DNA of 56,218 nt from Okamejei kenojei. Its lineage: Eukaryota. Below, one piece after another: positions 11,825 to 24,775 of this stretch (position 1 is the stretch's first letter; each line of letters begins with the position of its first letter). The stretch lies in the NCBI GenBank assembly GCA_035221665.1, contig CM069142.1:73966001-74022218 (forward strand), given 5' to 3'. The notes beneath the pieces are model-generated. The model ran no database searches. It was not told the DNA's origin and was given only the letters and a program-made list of their open reading frames with translations. The position numbers were made by a program, and so were the translations under genes.

Positions 11825-13878
11825 AGGGTACACAAAAGGCTGGAGAAACTCAGTGGGTGCAGCAGCATCTAAGGAGCGAAGGAGATAGGCGACGTTTCGG
11901 GTCGAGACCCTTCTTCAGACTGCTCAGTGGATCAGGAAACGAGAGATGTAGACGGTGATGTGGAGAGATAAAGAACAATGAATGAAAGATATGCAAAAAA
12001 GTATCGATGATAAAGGGAACAAGCCATTGTAAGCTGTTTGTGGTGTGAAAATGAGAAGCTAGTGCGACTAGGGTGGGAAGGGAGATAGAGAGAGAGGGAA
12101 TGCCAGGACCCGAGGGAGAGTGGGAAGGGGAGGAGACAACAAAGGTTAACAGAATTGAGAAAATTCAATGTTCAAAGCCCCAGAGGATGCAGGACTCCCC
12201 AAGCGGAATATGAGGTGCTGTTCCTCCAACTTGCGGTGTTGCTCACTCTGGTCGTGGAGGAGGCCCGGACAGAGAGGTCGGATACGGAATGGGAGGGGGA
12301 GTTGAAGTGCTGAGCCAACCGGGAGGTCGGGTTGGTTATTGCGGACCGAGCGAGGTGTTCGGCGAAACGATCGCCAAGCCTCCGCTTGGTCTCACCGATA
12401 TAGATCATCTGGCATCTGGAGCAGCGGATGCAGTAGATGAGGTTGGAGGAGGTGTAGGTGAACCTCTGTCGGACCTGGAAGGACTGCTTTGGTCCCTGAA
12501 AGGAGTGGAGGGGGGAGGTGAAGGGACAAGTGTAGCATTTCTTGCGGTTGCAAGGGAAAGTGCCCGGGGAAGGGGTAGAGCGGGAAGGGAAGAATTGACA
12601 AGGGAGTTGCGGAGGGAGCGGTCTTTGAGAAGGCAGACGGGGGGGAGATGGGAAGATGTGGCGGGTGGAGGGGTCACGTTGGAGGTGGCGAAACTGGCGG
12701 AGGACTATGTTTTGTATTTAGCGGCTGGTGGGGTGAAAGGTGAGCACCAGGGGGACTCTGCCCTGTTTGCGAGTGGGGGAATGGGGAGAGAGGGCAGTGT
12801 TGCGGGGTATGGAGGAGACCCTGGTGCGAGCCTCATCAATAGTGGGGGAGGGGAATCGTTCTCTGAAGAATGAGGCCATTTGTGATGATCTGGTGTGGAA
12901 CACCTCATCCTGGGAGCAGATGCGGCGTAGACGGAGGAATAGGGGATGGAGTCCTTACAGGAAGCAGGGTGGGAGGAAGAGTAGTCCAGGTAGCTGTGGG
13001 AGTCAGTTGGTTTGTAGTGGATGTCGATCAGGAGTGTATCACCTGCAATAAAGATGGTGAGGTCAAGGAATGGTAGGGAAATGTTGGAAAAGGTCCAAGT
13101 GTATTTGAGTGCCGGATGGAAGTTGGTGGTGAAATGGATGAAGTCAGTCAGTTGTGTGTGGGTGCAGGAGGTGACACCAAAGCAGTCGTCGATGTAACGG
13201 AGGTAGAGGTCGGGGATGGGGCCCTGGTACGCCAAGAACAAGGGTTGTTCGATGTACCCGACAAAGAGGCAAGCGTAGCTGGGGCCCACGTGTGAGCCCA
13301 TAGCTACGCCTTGTGTTTGGAGGAAATGGGAGGAGTCAAAAGAGAACTTATTGAGGGTAAGGACCAACTCTGCTAGGTATCAGTGGACGGGTATGGGTTG
13401 CTCCTCTGGTCGAGGAAGAACCGGAGGGCTTTGAGACCGTCCTGGTGGGGGATGGAGGTGTAGAGTGACTGGACGTCCATGGTAAGGATGAGAGGATGGG
13501 GGCCTGGAGAATGGAATGCGCGGAGCCGACGGAGAGTGTCTGAGGTGTCTTGAACATAGGCGGGGAGGGATTTAACAAAGGGGGATAGGATGGTGTCAAG
13601 GTATGCGGAAATGTGTTTGGTGGGGCATGAACAGGCAGAGATAATGTGTCTGCCAGGGCAGTCGGGTTTGTGGATTTTGGGAGAAGGTAAAATCGGGCCG
13701 TGCGGGGCTGGGAAACGATGAGGTTGGAGGCTCGGGGGGGGGGGGGGGCTAGGGAGCCAGAGCTGATGAAGTCGTTTATGGTGCTCGAGATGCTGGCCTG
13801 GTGTTCGTCAGTGGGGTCATGGTTCAGGGGTAAGTAGTAGGAGGAGGTGTCCGAGAGTTGGCGCGCGGCCTCCGCTTT
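11825..13878 (-). mobile_element. Penelope-like element (RT plus GIY-YIG), 3' part
   Basis: ORF 12705-13367 with GVAMG and RYIDD; ORF 12172-12408 with YIGETKRRLGDRFAEH. Confidence 0.9.
11891..11918 (-). ncRNA. Minimal hammerhead ribozyme motif in Penelope pLTR
   Basis: Same 28-mer as 11332-11359, located at the 3' end of the Penelope element. Confidence 0.65.
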
Positions 13879-16800
13879 TTTTTTTTTTATAATTTATTTA
13901 TTATAGAAACAAAATAACAACCAGTTACATTATATTTCAATAGTAAAAATACATAGTCTTAATAATTGATTCATACTAATAATATTATTTATACTGTATT
14001 ATCCTTAATTATAAATTTCAAAGTTGTATATTTTATATAACTAGAGATACATAATACTAATAATACATTTATAATATTAGCATTATACTCGTACTATTAG
14101 TAATTTTCATTTTATCTCTAATTTTTTTAGGTATAAGGCCAAATTTTTATGATATTATTGATACAAAAAGTTAGTAAAACTTATATAATTTCCATTATTT
14201 CTTCCTAATGTTAACAATATTTATCTTATCGCTAAATTTAAATTTAAAATTATTGTACCATTAAAAGTACATAATTTTATATAATTAAAAATATAAAAAT
14301 ACTAAAAAAATACTAATAATACTAATAAAATTCTCATAAATCTAATAATATTTATATTCGTACTAATATTAAGAGATTAAGATAATGTGTTTCTATATTG
14401 TTTTTTTAATTTTTTATATATAGATATAAGAAAATAGAAAAGTTAAGAAATAGAATAAAGAGTAAGAAAAGGTTTGATGGAAAATAAAATATTCGTCATT
14501 AAATCCGTCCTTATAGATATATTCATGATTTATTATATGTATTTCTTCATCCATTCAAATATCCAGGCCTCAGTCAGGTTCTCGCGCCGAACCATTATGA
14601 CCCTGTAAATATTCAATATATGGAGACCAAATCCATCTGAAGAGATCTAACCTATCCGTAAGGACAAAAGCCTCAATCTCTCCAAATGGAGTGTCTCCGA
14701 CATTTCTATATTCCACATTTTGATTGTTGGGAATGCAGGGCCTTTCCAAAATTTTAATATTAATTTTTTCCCAATTATTAAACCATAGTCAATAAAAGTT
14801 CTTTGATTCATTGTTATTAATTGGTCAGTTTCAAATTATTCCAAGTATAATTAACTTTGGGTCAGGGGTTATATTTATATTGATAACGGTCGAAATTATT
14901 TTAAATATTTCCTTCCAGTATTCTACAATTTTTTATGCAGTTAGTAAATGAGTGTGTCAAATTTGCTTCTGAAATTAACATTTGTCACATATTGGAGATA
15001 TCTTTGGAAAAATATTATGTAATTTAGATTTAGAGTAATGTAATCTATGTAATATTTTAAACTGTATAAGAGAATGTTTAGCGTTTAATGAACAATAATG
15101 TATATGTTGTAAACTTTCATCCCATATTTCTGGTCTTATTATTTGGCCTAATTTTCCTTTTTTTCCAAGACTCTCTGTATATTTCTGTTGATGGGGTATC
15201 ATTTTCCAATGAAAATATTATATATATATGATATCATTTTTTCCATATTTGGATGTTATTATTCAAACATTCATCTAAAATTTCTATTTTTTCTATTTCC
15301 AAATTCATATATATTTGCAGAGGCATAGTTTCTAATTTGTAAATATCTGAAATATTCTTTATTATGTAGCCCATAAATTTGTTGCAACTCTTGAAATGAA
15401 AGAAAAGTGTTTTCCTTATAAAGATCACACCCATCTTAGAAATTCCTTTATTTTTCCATTGTAAAAAAGCCTTATCCAAAATTGAAGGTTTAAACATAAA
15501 ATTATTAACAATCTTAAGACTTAGTGGTATAGATTTTAGTTTTAATGCTTTCTTTATTTGTTTCCATAGCGGATTCCATTTTCTATTATCGGATTTTCCA
15601 CTATAAACTTTCTTAGCTACATTAATATTAGCAAATATTATAGAGCTAATTTCAAATGGAGAACAATCTTCTTTTTCCATATTTAACCAATTTGGTTTAT
15701 TGTCTATTTCTCCTAACCAAAAAATTCATATTTTTAATATTAACTGCCCAGTAATAAAACATCAAGTTTGGTAACGCTAATCCTCCATTTTTTTTAGATT
15801 TACATAAATGTTTTTTTATTTATTCTATGGGTCTTATATTCCCAAATAAAATTCGTAATTAAAGAATCTACTTTTTTAAAAAAATTTTTGGAAGATATAT
15901 CGGATTAATTGAAATAAATATAATAATTGTGGGAGAAAAATCATTTTTATTTGCATTAATTTTACCTATCATCGAGATAGGTAAACTTTTCCAATATGAA
16001 ATATTCTTATTTAATTTATTTTAGTAATGGGGGGAAATTAGATTTAAATAGAGAGTTAAATCTTTTTGTAACAAAAATCCCAAGATATTTAATATTTTCA
16101 TTTGTTATCTTAAAAGGAAATTGTTGTAATATATGTTAACTTATTCAGTGTTATTGGCATAAGTTCACTTGTATTCCAATTAATACTGTATCCTGAAAGT
16201 GATCCGAAATTCCGTTATTAGTTTTAACAAATTTCGAATACTTATTTCTGGTTGAGTGATATAAAGTAATACATCATCTGCATCTAAAGGAAATTTTATT
16301 CTTAGTATCTGCGGTATCATATCCATATATTTCCGGGTGTAGTCTTACCCTCTGAGCAAGTGGTTCTATTGCTAATGCAAACAATAAAGGTGATAAAGGG
16401 CAACCTTGCCTACAACCTCGTGATAAATTAAATTTAATTGATAACATTCGATTGTTGTTATTCTAGCTATTGGATTTGCATATAATAATTTAATCCAAGT
16501 AATAAACTCCTCTCCTAGTTTAAAGGCTTCCATCACCGAAAATAAATAAGGCCATTCCACTTGGTCAAAAGCTTTTTCTGCATCAAGCGAAATAACTACT
16601 AAGTCTTTTTTATCACTTCTTTTCGAATATAATATTTAAACAATCGTCTTAGATTATATGAAGAATATCTTTTTGGTATAAATCCAGTTTGATCCGGATG
16701 TATTAATTCATTAACAACTGAACTCAATCTTTTTGCTAATATTGTTGTTAATATCTTTTGATCTGTATTTAATAGAGCTATTGCTCTATATGATCCTGGT

Positions 16801-19800
16801 TCGTCCAAATCTTTATTTATTTAGGTATGAGTGTTATAATAGATACGTTCAATGTATCTGGAAGCTTCTGTTCTGTATATATCTGTTCATAATAATGATT
16901 TTAGATATGGGACTATATATTCATGAAATGTTTTATAAAATTCCGAACCTATACCATCAGGTCCCGGTGTTTTACCGTTTTTTAATGATCTAATAGATTC
17001 TTTGATTTCATTTATTGAAATATCAGCATTTAATAATTTTCTATTTTGTAAATCCCAGTCCTTTCAAGTTACATTTTTTTATAAATGCATCTATTTCTAT
17101 TTTACTTATACTGTTGTTTTAGCAGTGTATAAATTTTTATAATATTGCATAAATCTTTCATTAATATCTTTAGGTTGTATTAATAAGTCACCGTTTGTGA
17201 TTTAATCCTATGTATAATTTTTTTCCGCTTCAATTTTCCTTAATTGTCGAGCCAGCAGTTTTTGGGGCTTATCCCCAAATTCAAAACTGTAATTGTTTAG
17301 TATGTTGGTAAAATTTTATCACTTGATCTGTATATATTTTATTTAATTTATATTTCAATATAACAATTTTATTATGTAATATCGTATCTGGTTTTATTGC
17401 ATTCTGTATATCTAATTCCTTAATCTCCTTTTCTAGATCTTGTTGTTCTTTCCGAATCTTTTTATTGTCAAATGCTTGTGAAGAAATCATTATTCCTCGA
17501 AGATATGCCTTAAATGTTTCCCACAATAAGGAACGCGATATCTCTGGTTGATCATTTATTTTAAACGTTAATGGGGCATGATCTGAGATTATTATATTAT
17601 CATATTTAGCTTCATAAGTAAGTGAAATAAGTTTTGCATCCACCAAAAAATAATCTATTCTTGAGTAAGTTTTATGCACTGGGGAGTAAAAAGAATATTC
17701 TCGTCCTGTAGGGTTTTCTGTTCTCCAAACATCTTTAATATTGGTCGTTTGCATATATGCATTTAGCAAATCACTAGAATGTGATTTGTTTTTTCTTTGT
17801 TTTGTAAATCTGTCTAAGTAAGGGTCTAATGTACAGTTGAAATCTCCACCAATTATCAAATTATATTGCGTTAATTCCGGAATATTATTAAAAACTTTTT
17901 TTAAAAAACAATGGACTATCGAAATTTGGTCCATATATATTAACAAGAATCACTTTTTCTGTATTTAATTCTCCTATCACAATAATATATCTACCATCTT
18001 TATCATCTATGGTTGATATATGTTTAAATAAAGTACCTTTACGAAATAATATTGCTACACCTCTTGATTTATGTGTAAAAGAAGAATGATATATTTTATC
18101 TATCCATTTAGCTTTCAACCTGTTTTCCGCCTCTTTTTTTAGGTGGGTCTCTTGAATGTAAATTACATCAGCTTTACTTGCCTTTAAATATGTCAATACT
18201 TTTCCTCTCTTTATCGGTTCATTAATACCTTTAACATTCCAACTGCAGAATGTTAATCCCTCATTCCCCGTATTTCTTTTTAAGTCTTGCATTTTAGATT
18301 TATGGGGATCTACAGGATCTAAGGATCAGCGCGATAGACCCAGCCTTACACCTGAACCCTGAATGGATGTAATTTAAATCTCTTTTTTGCCCCTCATGAA
18401 TATATCTCCCTTGGTACATTATATTACTCCAATCAATCCTAAGATTACTATAGATATAAAAGATAGATAAAAAATAAATAGAGGTATTGTGTGTAGAAGT
18501 AAAAAGAACTACATCTAGAATCGATGTAGTTTGTGCCAGCCATATTAAGATGGCTATACATCTAACGACTTCCGTCATCGATGTTATTAACACGACCAGC
18601 TCCTGGAATTAGGGAATTATTATTCCTTAACAATATTTTAACGGGGGTATAATATATATAATTTTTTTTTTAAAAAGGGGAGGGGAATGATAATAAAAAA
18701 CAGGAAGGGGAGAGAGAAAGAAAAAAGAGGAAGAATAAAAAATTCATCCTTTAAAAATATCAATATCTAAAGCTAACTTAAAAATCTAAATAATATTAGA
18801 CATAAAAAATACAAAGGCTATATAAAAAGAAGAATAACATACAATTAATTCAATTCAAAAAGGAAAAGTTAATTATTAATTATTAGTAATAGTGATTAAT
18901 AATAGTGAACATTCCTAATTAATAAAAAAAAAGGGTGGGAAAAACTAATAATAAAACCGTGTTATCTTAATGTGTGTGTTAATTATTTATATTAGTTATA
19001 TGTTAGAACTAATTATCAATGTCCAGATATCCAGATAACGTTTTCGAATCTCGTTTTATTCCTCTCCATTCCGTTCGACATTGTCTATTCCATCAAGTCC
19101 AATATCATCTTGAAGAGTCTCAGTAAATATTAAAGGTCCATGTTGAATATCTGAGAATGATAAAAGTCAGTATATTACTTGCTTGTAGGTACTCTTCAAG
19201 TCTTGAGCTGCTGAGCAAATTCCAATGCTGCGGTTGGGGTCTTGAAAAAGTATTCCACATTCTTATAAGAAACTCTTAAAGTCACTGGGTAATTCAAACC
19301 GTATCTCAGATTTTCTACTCCACGCATAAGACTTTTGGCTTCATTGAATGCTTTTCGTTTCCTGGCGACCTCTGGTGGATAGTCTCGATAGATACTAATC
19401 CTTTGACCTTCAAATGTCAAGTTTTTAGTTTTCGAAGCTTTTCGCATAATCTCATCCAGAACAAAATCAAATTGTACCTTTATAATCATTTGTCTGGGAG
19501 GAGCGTTGGGTCTGGTCTGACGTCTACTGACTCTGTGGGCACGAGCTAATAAAGGCATTTCTTCCAGAGATAGCACTTCTTTGAGTAATTTAGCAGTGAA
19601 CTCTCGAGGGCCGTCGATATTCTCTAGACCCTCAGGAATCCCTACAATTCTCAGATTTTGCCTTCTCTGATGTCCTTCTAGCTCAGTACATTTCTCTGCT
19701 GTTTTAGTCAGCATGCTCATCAGACGTTCGTTTTCTGTAAACAGGTTAGCTGTAGTCAAAGCATTCGTCTCAGCTGTTTGCTCAAGGTTCTTTATTTCAG

Positions 19801-20444
19801 CCATCTGTTGTTTCTGTATTTCTTCAATAGGATTAATCCTATTATCGATGTCTTTTTTAAACTTTTTCCAGTTTTTTATCCATCTTTTTCTCCATGACGT
19901 TAAACATTTCAATAAATTCTTCCTTTAAATCATCCGACATTTTCTTAACCTTTTTTTCAATATTTAACTTTGTTTCTTGTTTTAATTCTTTCAGTTGATT
20001 TTTCATCTGATTCAGCTGAGTATCCATCAAACTATTTATTTGATTTATTTCTTCCTTTACATCTTTTATTTCTCCCTTTAATTCTTCCTTTAAGCTAACC
20101 ATCTGATGAGAAATAAAAGATTTCAGTTCCTCACCTTCCATTTTTGTCCCTGTTTTTTTGGACACATCTTCCAGGGATCGAGTCCTACTCGACTCCGAGG
20201 CTTCACTTGGGCCTTCTGCCGGTCTCTGCCGGGTTGGTCGACCTTTTACCTTGTCGGTAGGGCTCCGTGAGACCGACATAGTTCGTCGCGCGCCTGATGA
20301 CGTCACTCGGCACAATCGGTGAAGAAACAGCAAGCAGTTTGTTGCAGGCAGCCGGTAAGTCTTTTAAAACCCCCGTTTTTTACAATTTTTTTGCGGAGCT
20401 GGCTGGCGCTATACTCTAGGGCTCCATAGCGCCACCGGAAGTCC
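13879..20444 (-). mobile_element. Full-length L1-clade LINE (about 6.6 kb) with poly(A) and 13-bp TSD
   Basis: 5' end GGACTTCCGGTGGCG; ORF1 (ATG near 20279 to 19196; coiled coil, RRQNLRIVGIPE); ORF2 from 18292 (SWNVKG, IQETH, GGDFN, SRIDY, SDH, RT, CDKC zinc knuckle); AT-rich 3' UTR; TSD CGGCCTCCGCTTT at 13866-13878 and 20445-20457. Confidence 0.93.
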
Positions 20445-20840
20445 CGGCCTCCGCTTTGTATAGATCGACGCGCCAGACTACCACGGCACCTCCCTTGTCG
20501 GCGGGTTTGATAACCCAGTCTGGGTTGTTACGGAGTGAGTCGATGGCAGTTCGTTCGGGGGTGGAGAGATTGGAGTGAGACAGGGGATTGGAGAAGTCGA
20601 GGTGGTTGATGTCCCGACGGCAGTTCTGGATAAATAGTCTAGAGTTGGAAGGCTACGAGGGGGGGGTGGGGGGGTCCAAGTGGAGGGGGTACGTTGGAGA
20701 CAGGAAAAGGGATCATCAGTGGGGGGGCGAGGACTTCTTCCCGTGGAAGAACGCTATGAGGTGGAGGCGACGGTAGAAGAGCTCCAAGTCGTGGTGGGCG
20801 CGGAACTCATTGAGGTGGGGATGGAGGGGGACAAAGGTAA
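20445..20840 (-). mobile_element. Penelope-like element, 5' continuation beyond the L1
   Basis: Minus strand encodes IKPADKGGAVVVW, continuing the RT ORF that is interrupted at 13878. Confidence 0.85.
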
Positions 20841-21040
20841 GAAACGGATAAATCCTGGTTGTAACATTTTCAAGTTTTTAAAGTGTATGTATTAATTGGT
20901 GGAATCGCCTTGCCACCTTTAATCCAATCGATAACAAAACTTGCATGGAAGAAGTACTAATGTCTTGCAGCAAAACACAGAAGTGCAAGGTTCAGCGTCA
21001 GGGTTAATTGCGCAGTGATATATCTTGAAGTACAATGAGT

Positions 21041-21134
21041 AGGAAGGAACTGTGGATGCTGATTTATGCTGACGATTGACACAAAGCTGGAGTAACTCTG
21101 CCTGTCCCGCTGAGTTACTCCAACTTTTTTCGTC
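21041..21134. mobile_element. Collapsed fold-back Penelope mini-element with TSD
   Basis: Flanked by TATCTYGAAGTACAATGAGT at 21021-21040 and 21135-21154. Confidence 0.65.
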
Positions 21135-21764
21135 TATCTCGAAGTACAATGAGTTGGCCGTGTGAACCAATGATACAGCAAAGCAAAGAAAGCAAATCCA
21201 TTAAACACGATCTATAGAATGACAATGTACCGGGTGTATTAGGGGACAGAGGAACTAGGGTGACGGGGGAACTGAAGGAAATTCACATTATATGGAAATG
21301 GTATTTATGTAATCCACATGTATTGTGTTATTCATCTTTATTTCAACAATGATTGGCTCTGTGGTCATTGGAACAATTAATTTCGGTGGTCTTTGGACAG
21401 AGATATTTGGATTTTTGTGAAGAGTTTCAGCAAATGTGTGTTATGCGATTCATCCCATTGGCAGTATGATCCAGCCGGTCATTGCTGGAGACTATATTGT
21501 TGCGCTATTTGACGTGTTTGTACCTTCAATTCGAATGGCAGCGACCTGGTATTGCTGTTGTATTATTGTTGTCGGATTAGGTTATTTCAATAAACGCAAA
21601 GAAGATATATGTTTAAAAATAAGAAGAAATTACTAGAAATCATAAATAGGAACAATAAATGTTGCAAATACCCAGAGGATCACGCTGCATGTGGCGAAAG
21701 ACAAATCCATAGAGGGGAGCCGGATGACAACTGGCAGCGCCAGAAACCCGACTTTGTTCCTGAA

Positions 21765-21975
21765 ATCAGGTGTAGTCTATGCGTTCTCCCTGTGGTTTCT
21801 TACTGGTGCTCTGCTTTCCTCCCACAACCCAAAAGATTGCAGGTTAATTGACCTGGGTGATTGACCCTGGTGGGTCGGGGGAGGATGCGATAGTGCGATA
21901 ACGTGGAACTTGTGTGTCGCGGTGGATTTGGTTGGCAGAAGGATCTATTTCTATGCTATATCTCTGATCGAAACT
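21765..21975 (+). mobile_element. V-SINE (HE1-like) remnant
   Basis: CGTTCTCCCTGTGGTTTC...GGTGCTCTGCTTTCCTCCCACA resembles the V-SINE core. Confidence 0.6.
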
Positions 21976-22337
21976 GAATTCTCCCAACGATAGTCGACCT
22001 GGAAAATGATTGTTTTCTCTTTCCACAGTTGCTGCCTAACCCAATTTCTCTGTTTTCTGTCAAAGATCACGAGTTTACCCATTTGGAAAATGCGTTGAAT
22101 GTAAAATGGGGAGATTTCGGAACAGCTGTAGTTTGGGAATGGCTTTTAATCCATGGATTTATTAGTAAGAGAATTTGATTTCGTGTTTGTCTCTGGCTCC
22201 CAATGTCATTTAAGCATAAAATGTTTCCTCTATTTAGTAAATTGCTAATGAAAAATGTCAGTTTTACGAACAGTTTACGGTAAAAAAATGAAAAATTGGG
22301 AAATGGAATATTGGAAACAAATTTCTCTGCTATTTTA

Positions 22338-22470
22338 GACAATAGACAATAGGGGCAGGAGTAGGTCATTCAGTCCTCGAGCCAGCACCGCCATTTAATG
22401 TGATCATGGCTGATCATCCCCAATCAGTGCTCCGTTCCTGCCTTCTCCCCATATCCCCTGACTCCGCTAC
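22338..22470 (-). mobile_element. CR1 3'-end fragment
   Basis: Reverse complement of 4200-4330. Confidence 0.8.
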
Positions 22471-22919
22471 TTTTAATTTTAATTATAAAACAGGGTATTA
22501 TTAATTCGGATATTATATTGAGAGAGTTCTTTTTAATCCTTACCAATGCAATCTCATACATGTTTTTAATCTGGTATGAATGTAATGTTCTTGTCGGCTG
22601 GTTTGCTTTTCGGAATTTACTTGCAATTACTGTCGGCATACAAATGATCGGTATATATTCGTGAGTGATGGACAACAAAATACAGTAAAAAAGTGACATT
22701 TTAAGTGTGTTATTTATCGTTAAATAAGAGCTACCATTTCAATCCCATCCACCCCTTTAGTTGGTTTCGTTTGATGGACACATTTAAGGGCCAAATTTCA
22801 CGAACAAGATTGTGATTGTTTATTTTTGTTTTCTCCCTAATTATGTTCGGGATCCCGATATGGAAAACCACAGTTATCCTTCCATTTTCTGTGATTTTAT
22901 CGGATAATCTCTGAACCAT

Positions 22920-23640
22920 TTATAAAACAAAAACTCTTCCCTCTTCCTCCAAATCAAAAGTTTAGCCATGGGCACTCTCAGTGGCCCAAGCAAAACCTAC
23001 CTAAATTATTTAATTTTAATTAAATAAATGCAAATGTAATTTAGAACGTCAGTCAAACCCTCCTTTGAACCATTGAATTCCCACTCTGTTCACGGATTAG
23101 TGGGATACCTGTTCTATAATTCAAATAGCAGAGAAAATGTTCTTTCCAACATTGCACGTAATTTCACCAATTTCCATTTAGTTGGTACATGGACGAACCC
23201 CTGACCCAGACTGGCCGATTCCCCAAACTCTTCGTCCTGTACCCATGCAAATCTCATCGGCCTCGTTGTCTGCAAACTTTGACCATACGATCAAATTCAC
23301 TGAATCTATCCCTGACACATACCTCCCCTTTGTTGATCTCACCATCTCCATAGCAGGAGATAGACTATCGACTGACATAAGTTACAAAAATCTACGGACT
23401 CCCACAGCTATCAGGAATACACCTCTTCCAACCTTGCCTCCGCAAAGACTCTATGCCCTACTCCCAAATTCATCCGTTTCCGCACAACCAAGATGAGTTG
23501 TTCCATACCAGGATATCCGAGGTCCTCATTCTTTAGGGAGCGGGTATTCCCCACGTTTACCATAGACGAGGCTCTCATGCGTCTACACTGCATCCGGCAG
23601 TTCCGCCCTTGTTCCATCATCCCCAGTCGCAACAAGGAGT
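22920..23640 (+). mobile_element. Degenerate Penelope RT fragment
   Basis: LPFVDLTISIAGDRLSTDI is homologous to ORF 12705-13367. Confidence 0.7.
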
Positions 23641-24001
23641 TTGGTGAGATTGTAACCCATAGGCCAACGTTAGTTATAGCCACTGAGTATTGAGCATTCC
23701 TGAGAAACCCTGGGAATTTTACAGTAATTAATACTGGAGGCCTATCGATATATTTCCAACTCAAAATTGTGCATTCATTTGACAGTAACTGCCAGATATT
23801 GGCACCCCAAGAAGTTTTCAGCCAATGTTTCAAAGGAGGGATCAAGGCGGAATGATTAACTAATAGTTTATGATACTCGGGTGAAGTTGCATGAAATAGA
23901 AAACTGCGTAATGAATTGCTGTATAATGATTCCTCGCACTGAACATTTTGCAAAACGAGCAAGAGAGAGAGTTTAACATTCATGTAGCCTTTGCCTTGCA
24001 G

Positions 24002-24289
24002 CGGCTGCATCCTCGCCCAGCCCCTTCATTCTCTTCACCTGCGAGGATCACGGCTCCAGTGGTCCGTTCACCTGTGGTTGGCGTTGGGCTATTTCCGCTG
24101 CGTGCGCCAGTATTTCTTGGAAAAAAGATGATAAACAACTGACCACTGGAGTGAAGGACTACCCGGCAGTGTTCAGTAAGTTGGGAACTTACACCCGGAG
24201 CAGTGAGTTAACCATCATCGAGGCAGGGGGAGGCGACATCTTCTGTGTGGTTCAGCACGACCAAAAAGAGTATAAAGTGAAAGTACCAG
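24002..24289 (+). pseudogene. IgW: IgW CH1 exon
   Basis: Acceptor TTGCCTTGCAG; AAASSPSPFILFTCEDHGSSGPFT...ASISWKKDDKQLTTGVKDYPAVFSKLGTYTRSSELTIIEAGGGDIFCVVQHDQKEYKVKVP; donor G|GTTCGT. C1-set W and FxCxVxH motifs. Confidence 0.88.
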
Positions 24290-24334
24290 GTTCGTGTTGG
24301 GGTGCACCGCGAGGCCGAGGGTGGAGTTGAGAGT

Positions 24335-24775
24335 CGAGAGTCAAGAATGTTTTATTGTCATATGTCCCAGATAGAACAATGAAATGTTTGCATCTATACC
24401 CGCACACATACTCGAAACAAACAATAACAGTGCTATAATAATAATAATAATAATAATTAATAATCTATTGTAGTTCAGAGCATATGAGGTTGTAGTGTTT
24501 AATAGCCTGTGGTATGTAGGGAAGCAGCTGTTCTTGAACCTGGAAGTGACAGTTCTCAGGCTCCTGCACCTTCTTCCTGATGGCTGTGGTGAGATGAGTG
24601 TGTGGCCAGGGTGGTGTGAGTCTCTGATGTTGGCTGCCTTATTGAGGCAGCGACTCTGATACATCCCTTTGATGATGGGGGGTCAGAGCCGGTTAAGGAA
24701 TGGGCTAGTGCTCACAGCTTTTTGCAGTATTTTCCGCTCCTGGATGTTCAAGTTGCCGAACCAGGCCATGGTGTA
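24335..24775 (-). mobile_element. Rex1/Babar-like LINE 3' fragment
   Basis: DSHHPGH...PSGRR...SRFKNS C-terminal motif and short tandem tail. Confidence 0.65.
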
